Part shown: positions 37,395-46,926 of the stretch, one piece after another
How the letters are laid out: every line of letters begins with the position of its first letter
How positions within the stretch are numbered: position 1 is the first letter of the stretch
Assembly: GCA_050298595.1 (NCBI GenBank)
Contig: JBNKUM010000085.1
Span: 192,001-256,000, forward strand
Direction of reading: 5' to 3'
Length of the DNA stretch: 64,000 bases
DNA from: Gammaproteobacteria bacterium
Lineage (GTDB): Bacteria; Pseudomonadota; Gammaproteobacteria; GCA-001735895
The notes under the pieces: model-generated
Told to the model about the DNA's origin: nothing
Databases searched by the model: none
What the model saw: the letters and a program-made list of their open reading frames with translations, nothing else
Translations under genes and position numbers: made by a program

Positions 37395-38396
37395 GTGAAG
37401 CTACAACAACTACGTTTTCTGGATGCCGTTGTCAGAAACAACTTGAATGTGTCATCAGCAGCTGAAGAGTTATACACCTCACAACCCGGTGTAAGTCACC
37501 AGATAAAATTGCTGGAAGAAGAACTGGATATCAAAATATTCGAACGTTCTGGTAAAAAACTGACCGGGATTTCTCCAGCAGGATATGCTGTTCTCGAACA
37601 CGTTAACGAGCTGCTGAATAATGTCAAAAGCATCAAACAGGCCGCGCGGGAATATTCGCATGCCAATCGAGGCAGTCTGAGTCTCGCGACAACTCATACA
37701 CAGGCACAATTTATACTGCCTCCTATATTACAGAAATTCACCCAGAAATACCCACGTATAGATTTACAGGTACATCAGGGCAACCCCAAAGAGATGTGTA
37801 AACTCGCCGCCAATAACTCAGTCGACTTTGTTATTGCTTCCGAAACCATCGATGAATTTGACGAATTGATTACCATCCCGGCCTATCTATGGAATCGCTA
37901 TATCGTAGTCCCTAAAGGGCATAGCCTGACGCAAAAGCCTGAGGTTTCTCTGGTAGACCTGGCTGCATTTCCAATTTTAACCTATATGCTTGGCCTTACC
38001 GGCAGATCAAAACTGGATCGCACCTTTCATTCCGCCAATCTGGAACCTAATGTAGTGTTTACAGCTACCGATTCAGACGTCATTAAAACTTACGTCAAAC
38101 TCGGACTTGGCGTGGGTATCATTGCCGAAATGGCGAAAGGTTCAAAACAGGATGATTACCTCACCTGCATCCCTGCCAACCATCTGTTTCCTGATAGCGT
38201 GATTAAAATCGGCTTTAGACATTCACGCCATATCTCAGCATTCCAGTACGAATTCCTGCATATGATGACGCCTTATCTGGAACTGGATACGATAAAAGAA
38301 CTGGCCAATACCAAGGCGTTAAATGACCGCAACAAGATTCTGGAAAAATATAAAACCCCTAAATACTCAGACATGAATAATGAAGAACCCGTCTGA
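37395..38396 (+). CDS. cysB: CysB/Cbl family LysR regulator
   Basis: MKLQQLR, LYTSQPGVS, ATTHTQA, VFTATDSDVIKTYV. Confidence 0.9.
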   Translation: MKLQQLRFLDAVVRNNLNVSSAAEELYTSQPGVSHQIKLLEEELDIKIFERSGKKLTGISPAGYAVLEHVNELLNNVKSIKQAAREYSHANRGSLSLATTHTQAQFILPPILQKFTQKYPRIDLQVHQGNPKEMCKLAANNSVDFVIASETIDEFDELITIPAYLWNRYIVVPKGHSLTQKPEVSLVDLAAFPILTYMLGLTGRSKLDRTFHSANLEPNVVFTATDSDVIKTYVKLGLGVGIIAEMAKGSKQDDYLTCIPANHLFPDSVIKIGFRHSRHISAFQYEFLHMMTPYLELDTIKELANTKALNDRNKILEKYKTPKYSDMNNEEPV

Positions 38397-38503
38397 GCAT
38401 GTTAGCTGAGCCTGCCGGGTAACAGAGTTTTCGATAAGCTATTTTCGTTATATTCCTGTCGAAATTTTTCCATCTCTTTTTACCGCGTAGCTGCATTAAG
38501 ACC

Positions 38504-41224
38504 TTACTCAAGCACATTGGGCAGCTCCAACAGTTCGATTGGAGCAGGTTTTCCAATCGTATAACCCTGAAGGTAATCAACCTTAGCTTCACGCAGGGTA
38601 TGGAACATGTTCCTGGATTCCACAAATTCAGCGATTACTTTCATACCAAGACAATGCCCAACCTCGGTGATCGAGCGTACAAAATCATACGACTGGGCAT
38701 CGTGCAAAATATCCTTGATAAACACCCCGTCAATCTTCAGATAATCAACTGGAAATTGTTTTAAATAGGTAAACGATGAGAGTCCGCTACCAAAGTCATC
38801 GAGAGAAAATTTAGCACCGAGACTTTTAATAATACGAATAAACTCTATCGATTTTTCAACATCCTTAACAGCTGCTGTTTCAGTAATTTCAAAACACAGG
38901 CTGGTGACATCAACCGATTCGCTTTCCAGCAGCTGCACCAGAAACCGATGAAAGCTGGTGGAACCGACACTACGGCCGGAAAGGTTGATAGATAACTGAA
39001 TCTTTCCATCCAACTGGGGGTTAGCCGCTAACCAGTGAATCACTTCAGAAACTACCCAGCGATCAATTTTCTCGATCAGGTTAAAGCGTTCTGCAGGCAG
39101 CAGAAATTCACCAGGACGGATAATGCTATCGTCTTCATCCTGATAGCGAATCAGGATCTCATAATGTTTACGCTTTTCCTGTTGCTTAAGCGGTACGATA
39201 GGCTGCGCATAAAGCTTGAATCGCTGTTCCGAAAACCCTTTATTAATACCTGAAGCCCAGCCCATGGTCGAGTGATGCTCCTGCAGCTTTTCATCATCAT
39301 CACCAATCAGGTAGTACTGGTTACCACCATTGTCTTTGGCAATGCTGCAGGCAGCGGTTAAACTCGCCAGTTTTTCAGAATAATCATCGCCCGCCAGACC
39401 AAAAGGTACCAGAGCAGCACTGGCCGTTATGGTGTATTCGCGACCATCCCAGCTGAACCCTTCCTGATTGATATAGGTAATAATTTCATTCACGGTATTG
39501 GCAGCAGTACTGGTTTCCGCATAGGGCAGCAGGATACCGAACTCATCCCCACCGAGACGCGCCAGAAGATCGGACTTTCGCACATTGGCTTTTATCACTC
39601 TTGCGACCTGCTTAAGTAATAGATCGCCTACAGTATTACCACAGGTATCATTCACCAGTTTGAATTGATCCAGATTCAGGTACACGAGAATATGCTGATT
39701 GCGCGTGTAATCGTTATCGGTAACCATAAAGTCAAACTTTCTTTCAAACGCGGATCGATTGAGAAAACCTGTCAACCTGTCATGACGCCCTTCGTAACTC
39801 AATTTTCGACGCAATTTGCGATCTTCGGTTACATCCTTAAATACCAGTACATAACCGATATCTTCCGATCCCTTCTCTAGCATAGGAGATGCCATCATTT
39901 CCAGCTCTATGATATGTCCATCCTGCTGTATAAATACATTTTCCTGATGCGGGGGACTTTTTAGTAGACGTTTTAAATTAGTTATATGAGTCGTAGAACG
40001 GTTGCTATACATGACTACCACTTCATCCAGAGTGTATAGCCGCATATTTTCTTCCGTATCCCCCAGTAATCTTTCTGCCGCTGGATTAGCCAGCTGAATC
40101 ATTAATTTCGAGTTCACCACAACAACAGCATTGGTAATTGAATCGAGCGTTGTAGAGATAAAGTCACGCTCACTGATCAATTCTTTTTCAGCCAGCTTTT
40201 GAAGCTGCGAAGCCTCTTGCATTCCATACACTAGCTCATTGTAAACCTCAACCAACTCGCCTAATTCGACGGGTAATTTTTCTGTTTTGATAGGCGTGTA
40301 ACTGCCTGTTAGCAGAGCACCGACAGAACTACGTATAAGACCCATCGGGCGAAATGCAAGCCCCAGCAAAAGTATCACTAACACCAGAACTACCAGGGCA
40401 ACACTCACTGTGATGATCAACAGCCTCATACTGGTTTGTTCGATCATCTGGTTGAAATTACTGAAGTCAAATAGCGCTGAAACAATTACCCCGATTGCAT
40501 GATCGTCACCATATAGACTGTAGGAAACAGGCCTGACCTTGTTATCCTTATACTTAGCATTCGACCAGTTGGGCGACTGAAACAACTGACGATGGTTGGC
40601 ATTACTGAGTTGAACAGGTGCCTGTATTTCCTGCGCCAGTTGTTGTAACTGGTCCTGGGTGTAGGCAATAACATGCATAAAGCCTTTTGGTTTGAGCGCT
40701 CCCATCGACAGCATTGCTTCTGCGTATAATTCTCCATCATGGCTACACAAAGCAAACCTGGGTTTCAGTTTCTGGATAGCGCTCAAGCTTTTGATCTTGT
40801 CAATAAGTACCGGGCAACCCGTGTATTGTGAATTTACATCTTCGTGTGCACTGGTGATGATTAAGCCTTGCGGATCACGAATTAAAAGGGTTTTGAAATG
40901 AATCAGGCCACTGTTGTTATAAACCTGAGAAAAACTCTTCTGCAGAAACACAGATAATGCCGGCAAATCACCTTCAGCAAATGCCTGACGAAATTGCTCA
41001 TCATTCTGCAGCTGATAGGAAAACTGTTTTTGACGCTGATTTAACTCCCTGACCAACTGATGGGTTTTAATACTTAAAATATGAATGTTTGATTGAAGCT
41101 GATTTTCAAAAGCAAATCTTTCATAGGTGGAAGAGGAATACCAGGCCAGTCCCAAAGCCAGTAACGTTAATACAATCATGCCTATTAACGCTATTGCTCG
41201 AATACCAAAGAGACGGCTTAACAT
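38504..41224 (-). CDS. Membrane-bound HAMP-PAS-GGDEF-EAL c-di-GMP signalling protein
   Basis: Two TM segments; ARLGGDEF; YEILIR, EITET, DDFGSG, YLKIDG, QGY. Confidence 0.92.
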   Translation of the reverse strand: MLSRLFGIRAIALIGMIVLTLLALGLAWYSSSTYERFAFENQLQSNIHILSIKTHQLVRELNQRQKQFSYQLQNDEQFRQAFAEGDLPALSVFLQKSFSQVYNNSGLIHFKTLLIRDPQGLIITSAHEDVNSQYTGCPVLIDKIKSLSAIQKLKPRFALCSHDGELYAEAMLSMGALKPKGFMHVIAYTQDQLQQLAQEIQAPVQLSNANHRQLFQSPNWSNAKYKDNKVRPVSYSLYGDDHAIGVIVSALFDFSNFNQMIEQTSMRLLIITVSVALVVLVLVILLLGLAFRPMGLIRSSVGALLTGSYTPIKTEKLPVELGELVEVYNELVYGMQEASQLQKLAEKELISERDFISTTLDSITNAVVVVNSKLMIQLANPAAERLLGDTEENMRLYTLDEVVVMYSNRSTTHITNLKRLLKSPPHQENVFIQQDGHIIELEMMASPMLEKGSEDIGYVLVFKDVTEDRKLRRKLSYEGRHDRLTGFLNRSAFERKFDFMVTDNDYTRNQHILVYLNLDQFKLVNDTCGNTVGDLLLKQVARVIKANVRKSDLLARLGGDEFGILLPYAETSTAANTVNEIITYINQEGFSWDGREYTITASAALVPFGLAGDDYSEKLASLTAACSIAKDNGGNQYYLIGDDDEKLQEHHSTMGWASGINKGFSEQRFKLYAQPIVPLKQQEKRKHYEILIRYQDEDDSIIRPGEFLLPAERFNLIEKIDRWVVSEVIHWLAANPQLDGKIQLSINLSGRSVGSTSFHRFLVQLLESESVDVTSLCFEITETAAVKDVEKSIEFIRIIKSLGAKFSLDDFGSGLSSFTYLKQFPVDYLKIDGVFIKDILHDAQSYDFVRSITEVGHCLGMKVIAEFVESRNMFHTLREAKVDYLQGYTIGKPAPIELLELPNVLE

Positions 41225-41227
41225 GCA

Positions 41228-41668
41228 TTACTCCATAAGATAAGGGTAATCCTTTAACCGCCACTCTTGAAATCCACCTTTAAACCAGTAGAGGTATTTA
41301 TATCCACATTTTTGAGCAATTTTAATTGCCTTCATACTGCGCCCACATTTAATACCATTGCAATAAAAAGCTAGCATCCGAGTTTTATCACTGGTGATTT
41401 TATTCAATGTTTTACAACTGGTTAGCTCATCAGGCAAGCTTATTGAATCTTCAATATATCCAAGCTTGCGGTCATCGCTTACTCTGGAGTCGATCACAAC
41501 AAGTTCGGGACTGGCATGCGCCAGTTCGATGAGTGATTCTGCATCAAGGTTTTGAACACCCGAAATTTCACTGACCTGAGAATCCGCAACCAGTAATGGT
41601 GGAAAAAGGGCTATCACGATAGTACAAAGCGCCCCCAAATGTCTAAATCGCATCGCCCTCACATACAA
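41228..41668 (-). CDS. Exported rhodanese-like domain protein
   Basis: Hydrophobic N-terminus; IDSR, FYCNGIKCGRS, WFKGGFQEW. Confidence 0.85.
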   Translation of the reverse strand: MYVRAMRFRHLGALCTIVIALFPPLLVADSQVSEISGVQNLDAESLIELAHASPELVVIDSRVSDDRKLGYIEDSISLPDELTSCKTLNKITSDKTRMLAFYCNGIKCGRSMKAIKIAQKCGYKYLYWFKGGFQEWRLKDYPYLME

Positions 41669-41753
41669 TCAGAGAAGATAAAACTAGATTATAGAAGAGA
41701 TATGGGATTTATCTGGGGCATTAGACAAATAACTGCGACTTAAATCAGAAGGT

Positions 41754-42380
41754 TCACAGGCAAGCGACGCCCGTGCCTCCGAGCCCACAATATCCCTGTG
41801 GATTTTTTGCCAGATATTGCTGATGGTACTCTTCGGCATAATAAAACGGACCTGCCGCTAATATCTCGGTAGTGATCTCAGAGTAGCCTTGCTGAGCAAT
41901 CGCCTGTTGATAGCGCTCACGCGTATTAAGCGCGGCCTTCAACTGGATTTCATTTCTATAATAAATACCGGAACGGTACTGGCTACCTCTATCGTTTCCC
42001 TGCCGCATGCCCTGGGTAGGATCATGAGACTCCCAGAAAATCTTCAGCAGTTGTTCTATAGCGATTATCGCAGGCTGATAAATGACCAATACTGTTTCAT
42101 TATGACCGGTAAGACCTGTGCAAACCTCCTGGTAACTCGGGTTGGGCGTTATTCCTGCTGAGTAACCGACCGCTGTACTATAGACACCCTCCACAGGCCA
42201 GAACTTGCGTTCAACACCCCAGAAGCAGCCCATGCCGAATATGATCGATTCACAGTCATCCGGAAACGGTTCCAGCATACTGCGTCCATGTACAAAATGG
42301 CGACCTGAGATTTCTATCGACTGACTGCGTCCCGCTAGAGCATCCTTTGCTGAGGGTAACTTTATCGGTTTTCCGAACAT
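41754..42380 (-). CDS. msrA: Peptide-methionine (S)-S-oxide reductase
   Basis: [27 protein letters not shown]. Confidence 0.96.
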   Translation of the reverse strand: MFGKPIKLPSAKDALAGRSQSIEISGRHFVHGRSMLEPFPDDCESIIFGMGCFWGVERKFWPVEGVYSTAVGYSAGITPNPSYQEVCTGLTGHNETVLVIYQPAIIAIEQLLKIFWESHDPTQGMRQGNDRGSQYRSGIYYRNEIQLKAALNTRERYQQAIAQQGYSEITTEILAAGPFYYAEEYHQQYLAKNPQGYCGLGGTGVACL

Positions 42381-42393
42381 GAGTCATTATCTC

Positions 42394-43167
42394 TCAATAC
42401 AGTGAATGGACCTGAATCGATGCAGGGCTAAAATTCGACAGCTTGCACAGGGCATCGATATCATGAATTTTCAGCGTTTTGCCAGAAATTTCCATCAGGC
42501 CTTCTTCGCGTAAGGTTCTTAAGGTGCGGTTCACATGGATCTTGGTAAGCCCGGTGGCATCTCCGATATCTTCCTGAGAGATAGGAAAATTGATATGGTA
42601 ATCATCATTGTTATTGTAAATTGATTTCACCCTGAAAAATAACTCAGTGCAAAAGAAAGCAATCCTTGCTATTGCTGACTGCTGTCCAATGGTTAATAAG
42701 CGACTTTGACAGATATTCATATCGCGTGCGTTAAGTTCGGTCAGACGTTTGGCTACGCTCAGATTTTTACGCAGTAAATCAGGTATATCCTTACGAGGAA
42801 ATGCACACACTACGGCATCATTGAGACTCATCGCAGAATGCGTCATAACCGCACCCATATTAGCCTGGAACCCCAGCATATCACCCGGCAGGGCAATCCT
42901 TAGAATCTGCCGCTTACCATTATCAAGAGTTTTGTAAACTGCAAACCAGCCATGATAGATAGTAAACATATACTCATTAACCTGCGATTCCCGGAAAATT
43001 TCCTTACGTGATTTAACGGTAAACTGATTAATTCTATAGGTCTGTGTCCAGTCCAGTTCGTTTTCGGGCACCCCGTGAAACAGTGCCAGTCGACGTATTG
43101 AACATTCAGTACAAACGGTCTGATTGTTTTCCACCGGTAACAAATTGGCATGTCTATCTATCTTCAT
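42394..43167 (-). CDS. Crp/Fnr family transcriptional regulator
   Basis: N-terminal CTEC, NGKRQI..LPGD, HTH IGDATGLTKIHVNRTL; start moved to the ATG at 43167. Confidence 0.88.
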   Translation of the reverse strand: MKIDRHANLLPVENNQTVCTECSIRRLALFHGVPENELDWTQTYRINQFTVKSRKEIFRESQVNEYMFTIYHGWFAVYKTLDNGKRQILRIALPGDMLGFQANMGAVMTHSAMSLNDAVVCAFPRKDIPDLLRKNLSVAKRLTELNARDMNICQSRLLTIGQQSAIARIAFFCTELFFRVKSIYNNNDDYHINFPISQEDIGDATGLTKIHVNRTLRTLREEGLMEISGKTLKIHDIDALCKLSNFSPASIQVHSLY

Positions 43168-43169
43168 TA

Positions 43170-43976
43170 TTAAATCTCTATCCATACAGGTGCATGATCG
43201 GAGGGTTTTGCCATACTTCGAATATCATAATCGATACCAGCATCAGTTACTTTAGTTTTCAAAAGATCCGATACCATCAAATGATCAATACGCAAGCCTC
43301 TTCGAGGCTCTCGCTCAAAACCCTTACTTCGGTAATCAAACCAGCTAAAAAGATTGTCTTCCTGCGGGTAAATCAGGCGAAAACCATCATGATAACCCAA
43401 CGCACAAAGCTCAAGAAACCATTCTCTTTCTTCTGGTAAGAAACTCGTTTTACCGGTTTTTAACCAGCGCTTTGCATTATCAGCGCCGATACCGATATCT
43501 TTATCATCCGGTGCAATATTGTAGTCCCCCATGACTACAATACGCTGTTTAGAATTATGATTATTTTTCAAAAAATGATTTAAATCCTGATAAAAGCGGG
43601 CTTTCGCTGGAAACTTGACCGCATGGTCGCGCGATTCACCCTGTGGAAAATAACCGTTATAGATATACCACTCTTCACCATCAATTTGATAAAGACCACC
43701 AATGAAGCGCTTTTGCGCTTCGTCACCATCATCGGGAAATCCCATCTGTGCCTGTTGACAGGAATGACGTGATAGTAAGGCGACACCATAGTGTGTTTTC
43801 TGCCCCATGAAGATAGCCTGATAACCCAGCGCTTCAATATCCTTTAATGGAAACTCATGATCCTGAACCTTGGTTTCCTGCAGGCCGATAAACTCCGGAT
43901 CGTGCTTTTCAATGACCGCCTCGAGCTGATGCAGCCGCAGGCGCACACTGTTTACATTAAAAGAAACGATTTTCAT
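43170..43976 (-). CDS. xthA: Exodeoxyribonuclease III
   Basis: SFNVNS, GLQETK, GYFPQGESRDH, MGDYN, GLRIDH, PSDHAPV. Confidence 0.96.
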   Translation of the reverse strand: MKIVSFNVNSVRLRLHQLEAVIEKHDPEFIGLQETKVQDHEFPLKDIEALGYQAIFMGQKTHYGVALLSRHSCQQAQMGFPDDGDEAQKRFIGGLYQIDGEEWYIYNGYFPQGESRDHAVKFPAKARFYQDLNHFLKNNHNSKQRIVVMGDYNIAPDDKDIGIGADNAKRWLKTGKTSFLPEEREWFLELCALGYHDGFRLIYPQEDNLFSWFDYRSKGFEREPRRGLRIDHLMVSDLLKTKVTDAGIDYDIRSMAKPSDHAPVWIEI

Positions 43977-45283
43977 AACTCTATTAAATCTCTGAGCGTT
44001 TTATCTGACAACTGCTGTTGCCTTGATGACTCGATATTCTGTTGTAGCTCGCTGACCGCAACAGATTGTTTAAGCTGGGCATGACGGTTACCGTCTTCCG
44101 CCAGGCGTGCACAGTTAAGGATATCCAGCAGTTGAATTTTTTCAACAGCCCGCGCAGGCAGATAACTCAATTTAGCCCCCTGAGTCGGCACGATTAAACC
44201 ACAATCCTCCAAAGTATTTAGCATACGATCCACCATGGATTGCGGTACCTTCAAATGCTGCGCAAGATTTTTACCCGAGGTTTCAAAACCTTTGGAGTGA
44301 AAATGTTCGTTTGCGATTTCATACATTAACTGAAGGCAGAGATTTTCACGTAATACCCCGCTCATATGCTGAGTTTCAGCCTCTTGATTCAGGCTTTCAG
44401 GATGCTGATGATAATAGGATATGCTGGCACCGATGAGCAGGATCAACCACCCCAGATAAAGCCAGATCATAAATAGCATCATGATCGCAAAACCTGAATA
44501 GATTGCAGTATAGCTGGTTGATCCACTGGCAAAGTCAGCAAACAGTAACCCCGTCCAACGCCACAGCAAACCTGCCACTACCGCACCATATAAAGCTGAC
44601 AACGGTTTAACCCGAGTATTCGGCACCAGTATATAAACAAAGGAAAATGCCGCAATAATCAAAACATAAGGAACCAGTAAACCAAGAAACTGAATCAGGT
44701 CACCCATATAAGGCAGCGCTTCAATCTTACCCACGATGGCATGACTGCGTAGCGATGCAGTGATTCCTATCGCTGAGAAAACCAGTACCGGGCCAACCAT
44801 TACCACGCTCAGGTAATTGCTGAAACGCTGTGATAAATTTCGTACACCGCTTAAGCGCCAGGTAAAATTGAATGCCGCTTCGATTTTCTGTACCAGAGAA
44901 ATAACGGTAAACATCAGCATGCCGAGTCCGAGTGCACCCAAAACACCGATTTTCATATTCTCCACAAAACCAACTATGCTATGGGTAACTTCAACCCCTT
45001 GATCACCCAGCGATTCGAAAATATTTAACAGCATAGGCTCGATCTGGTTATGCACACCAAAGCCTTTCAGTACCGAAAAACTCACCGCCAGCAATGGCAC
45101 AAAGGAAAGCAAAGTTGTGTAAACCAGGCTCATCGAACGCAGTGTTAGCATCCCGCCCTGCAAATCACGTAATACCATCGCCATAATGCGCAGAAAACGG
45201 GTACCCTCAACCTGCCAAAAAGGCGCATTGCTCAGGTCACGCGTCCAGACGATGTATTCGAGTTGTTTCAAAATGCCCTGCAT
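43973..45283 (-). CDS. YihY/virulence factor BrkB family membrane protein with C-terminal winged-helix-like extension
   Basis: SLVYTTLLSFVP, IEAAFN, VPNTRV, IYSGFA. Confidence 0.88.
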   Translation of the reverse strand: MQGILKQLEYIVWTRDLSNAPFWQVEGTRFLRIMAMVLRDLQGGMLTLRSMSLVYTTLLSFVPLLAVSFSVLKGFGVHNQIEPMLLNIFESLGDQGVEVTHSIVGFVENMKIGVLGALGLGMLMFTVISLVQKIEAAFNFTWRLSGVRNLSQRFSNYLSVVMVGPVLVFSAIGITASLRSHAIVGKIEALPYMGDLIQFLGLLVPYVLIIAAFSFVYILVPNTRVKPLSALYGAVVAGLLWRWTGLLFADFASGSTSYTAIYSGFAIMMLFMIWLYLGWLILLIGASISYYHQHPESLNQEAETQHMSGVLRENLCLQLMYEIANEHFHSKGFETSGKNLAQHLKVPQSMVDRMLNTLEDCGLIVPTQGAKLSYLPARAVEKIQLLDILNCARLAEDGNRHAQLKQSVAVSELQQNIESSRQQQLSDKTLRDLIEL

Positions 45284-45287
45284 TTAA

Positions 45288-45845
45288 CTACCAGTTTGCG
45301 TGTTTTAAATATTCAATTTCTTCTTCGGACGATTGCCTTCCGAGCACTTCGTTTCGATGTGGAAAACGTCCAAAGCGCTTAACCACGTCTCGATGATGAT
45401 GAGCAAAACGCAGGTTATCTTCCAGCCCTGCTTTCTGATACATCTCTACCGCAAAATCCTGATCCTGCAGGTTCTCGCTGTGCATATAGGGCAGGTATAG
45501 AAAAGCTTTCTGCCTGTCGCTAAGCTGTTGATCCTGCCCACTTTCGATCAAGTTTCCTGCTATGGTTCGGGCATGCGCTTCCGTGGAATACTGGCGAGCA
45601 TCCTGTCGAAACATGTTGAGTGGAAATTGATCCAGAATGATAACCAATGCCAGTGCAGAAAGCGGCTCCTGAGCCCAATGGTCATAAACCCCGGCGCGTG
45701 CTCTACCCCAGGTTTGCTCATAGCGCTCACGCAGTAACGCATCGAATTCGGGCGTTGAATTAAACCACATGGGTTGCACGTGATCTGAAAACCAGAAATC
45801 AATGATTTCAGCAACCAGCTCATCGTCTTTCTGCAATGTACTCAC
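45288..45845 (-). CDS. DUF924 family protein
   Basis: IIDFWF, LDQFPLNMFR, FLYLPYMHSE, RFGRFPHRN. Confidence 0.9.
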   Translation of the reverse strand: MSTLQKDDELVAEIIDFWFSDHVQPMWFNSTPEFDALLRERYEQTWGRARAGVYDHWAQEPLSALALVIILDQFPLNMFRQDARQYSTEAHARTIAGNLIESGQDQQLSDRQKAFLYLPYMHSENLQDQDFAVEMYQKAGLEDNLRFAHHHRDVVKRFGRFPHRNEVLGRQSSEEEIEYLKHANW

Positions 45846-45857
45846 TACTTCCCCCTG

Positions 45858-46112
45858 TTACTCATCAGCCAGCCACTCAGCTAGATAGTATAAATATTGA
45901 CCTTCGGATGATTTTGATGGCCCTAACACCTTAGCGGCAAAGTATTGCTGATCGGGTTGAGCATCGCTGATAGCCTGTTCAGCGGAGTTTTTAATCACGA
46001 CACAACTGGCTGAAAAACGATTTCGATTACGCCGCGGCACATACACCACAGCGTATTGACAGGTTGAAACCTCGGTTTCAGGATCAGGAGGGACAAAACC
46101 CCGCATACTCAA
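45858..46112 (-). CDS. Hypothetical protein
   Basis: GGAG before the TTG start; co-oriented with the downstream operon; no recognised domain. Confidence 0.65.
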   Translation of the reverse strand: MSMRGFVPPDPETEVSTCQYAVVYVPRRNRNRFSASCVVIKNSAEQAISDAQPDQQYFAAKVLGPSKSSEGQYLYYLAEWLADE

Positions 46113-46216
46113 CTCCTTGACTGGCTGATATGCTTAACCAACCACTTGAAAATGCTGTATTTTAAGAATGTTGCTTAGGGTATTCTAACCGCCAAGAGAA
46201 ATAAACATTAATTGAC

Positions 46217-46915
46217 ATGTCATCCATCTTTATTACCGGTACCAGTAAAGGCCTTGGCCTGAGTCTAAGCCGCTACTATCTACAACAAAAGGCAGAAATC
46301 TACAGCGTTGGCCGTAGCCCCTGCCCGCTGCAACATGCTTTATTACATCATACACAGATCGATCTTGCTGAGCTGGATAGCATCCAAAACAAGCTGAAGG
46401 GCTTTCTTCCCCCACAGCTTGATCTGGTTATTCTGAATGCAGGTGTATTGGGTGAAATCAAAGATCTGTCCGACACTTCGATGTCTGAGGTCACAACGCT
46501 GATGGACATCAATGTATGGTCAAATAAAGTCATTATCGATACATTGATCAAACAGACCATTAAGGTGCGCCAGCTGGTGATCATTTCATCCGGGGCCTCG
46601 GTCAATGGCAACCGGGGCTGGGGTGCTTACTCTATCTCCAAGGCCAGTATTAATATGATGGCCAAACTGTATGCCGCTGAAATGCCCGACACTCACATCA
46701 CCGCCTATGCACCTGGCCTGGTTCACACCGCTATGCAGGATTATCTTTGCCATGATGTGGATACTGAGAAATTCCCCTCGATTAAACGTCTGCAACAGGC
46801 CTATCAGACCGAAGATATGCCAGACATCGATAGTGCTGCTAAAAAAATCGCCTTAAGCTTCCCGCGCTGTCTGGAATTTGCCAGCGGAAGTTTCGTCGAC
46901 ATCCGTCAGCTATAG
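46217..46915 (+). CDS. SDR family oxidoreductase (sepiapterin/benzil reductase-like)
   Basis: TGTSKGLG, ISSGAS, WGAYSISK, PGLVHTAMQ. Confidence 0.88.
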   Translation: MSSIFITGTSKGLGLSLSRYYLQQKAEIYSVGRSPCPLQHALLHHTQIDLAELDSIQNKLKGFLPPQLDLVILNAGVLGEIKDLSDTSMSEVTTLMDINVWSNKVIIDTLIKQTIKVRQLVIISSGASVNGNRGWGAYSISKASINMMAKLYAAEMPDTHITAYAPGLVHTAMQDYLCHDVDTEKFPSIKRLQQAYQTEDMPDIDSAAKKIALSFPRCLEFASGSFVDIRQL

Positions 46916-46926
46916 GCAATAGAGCC

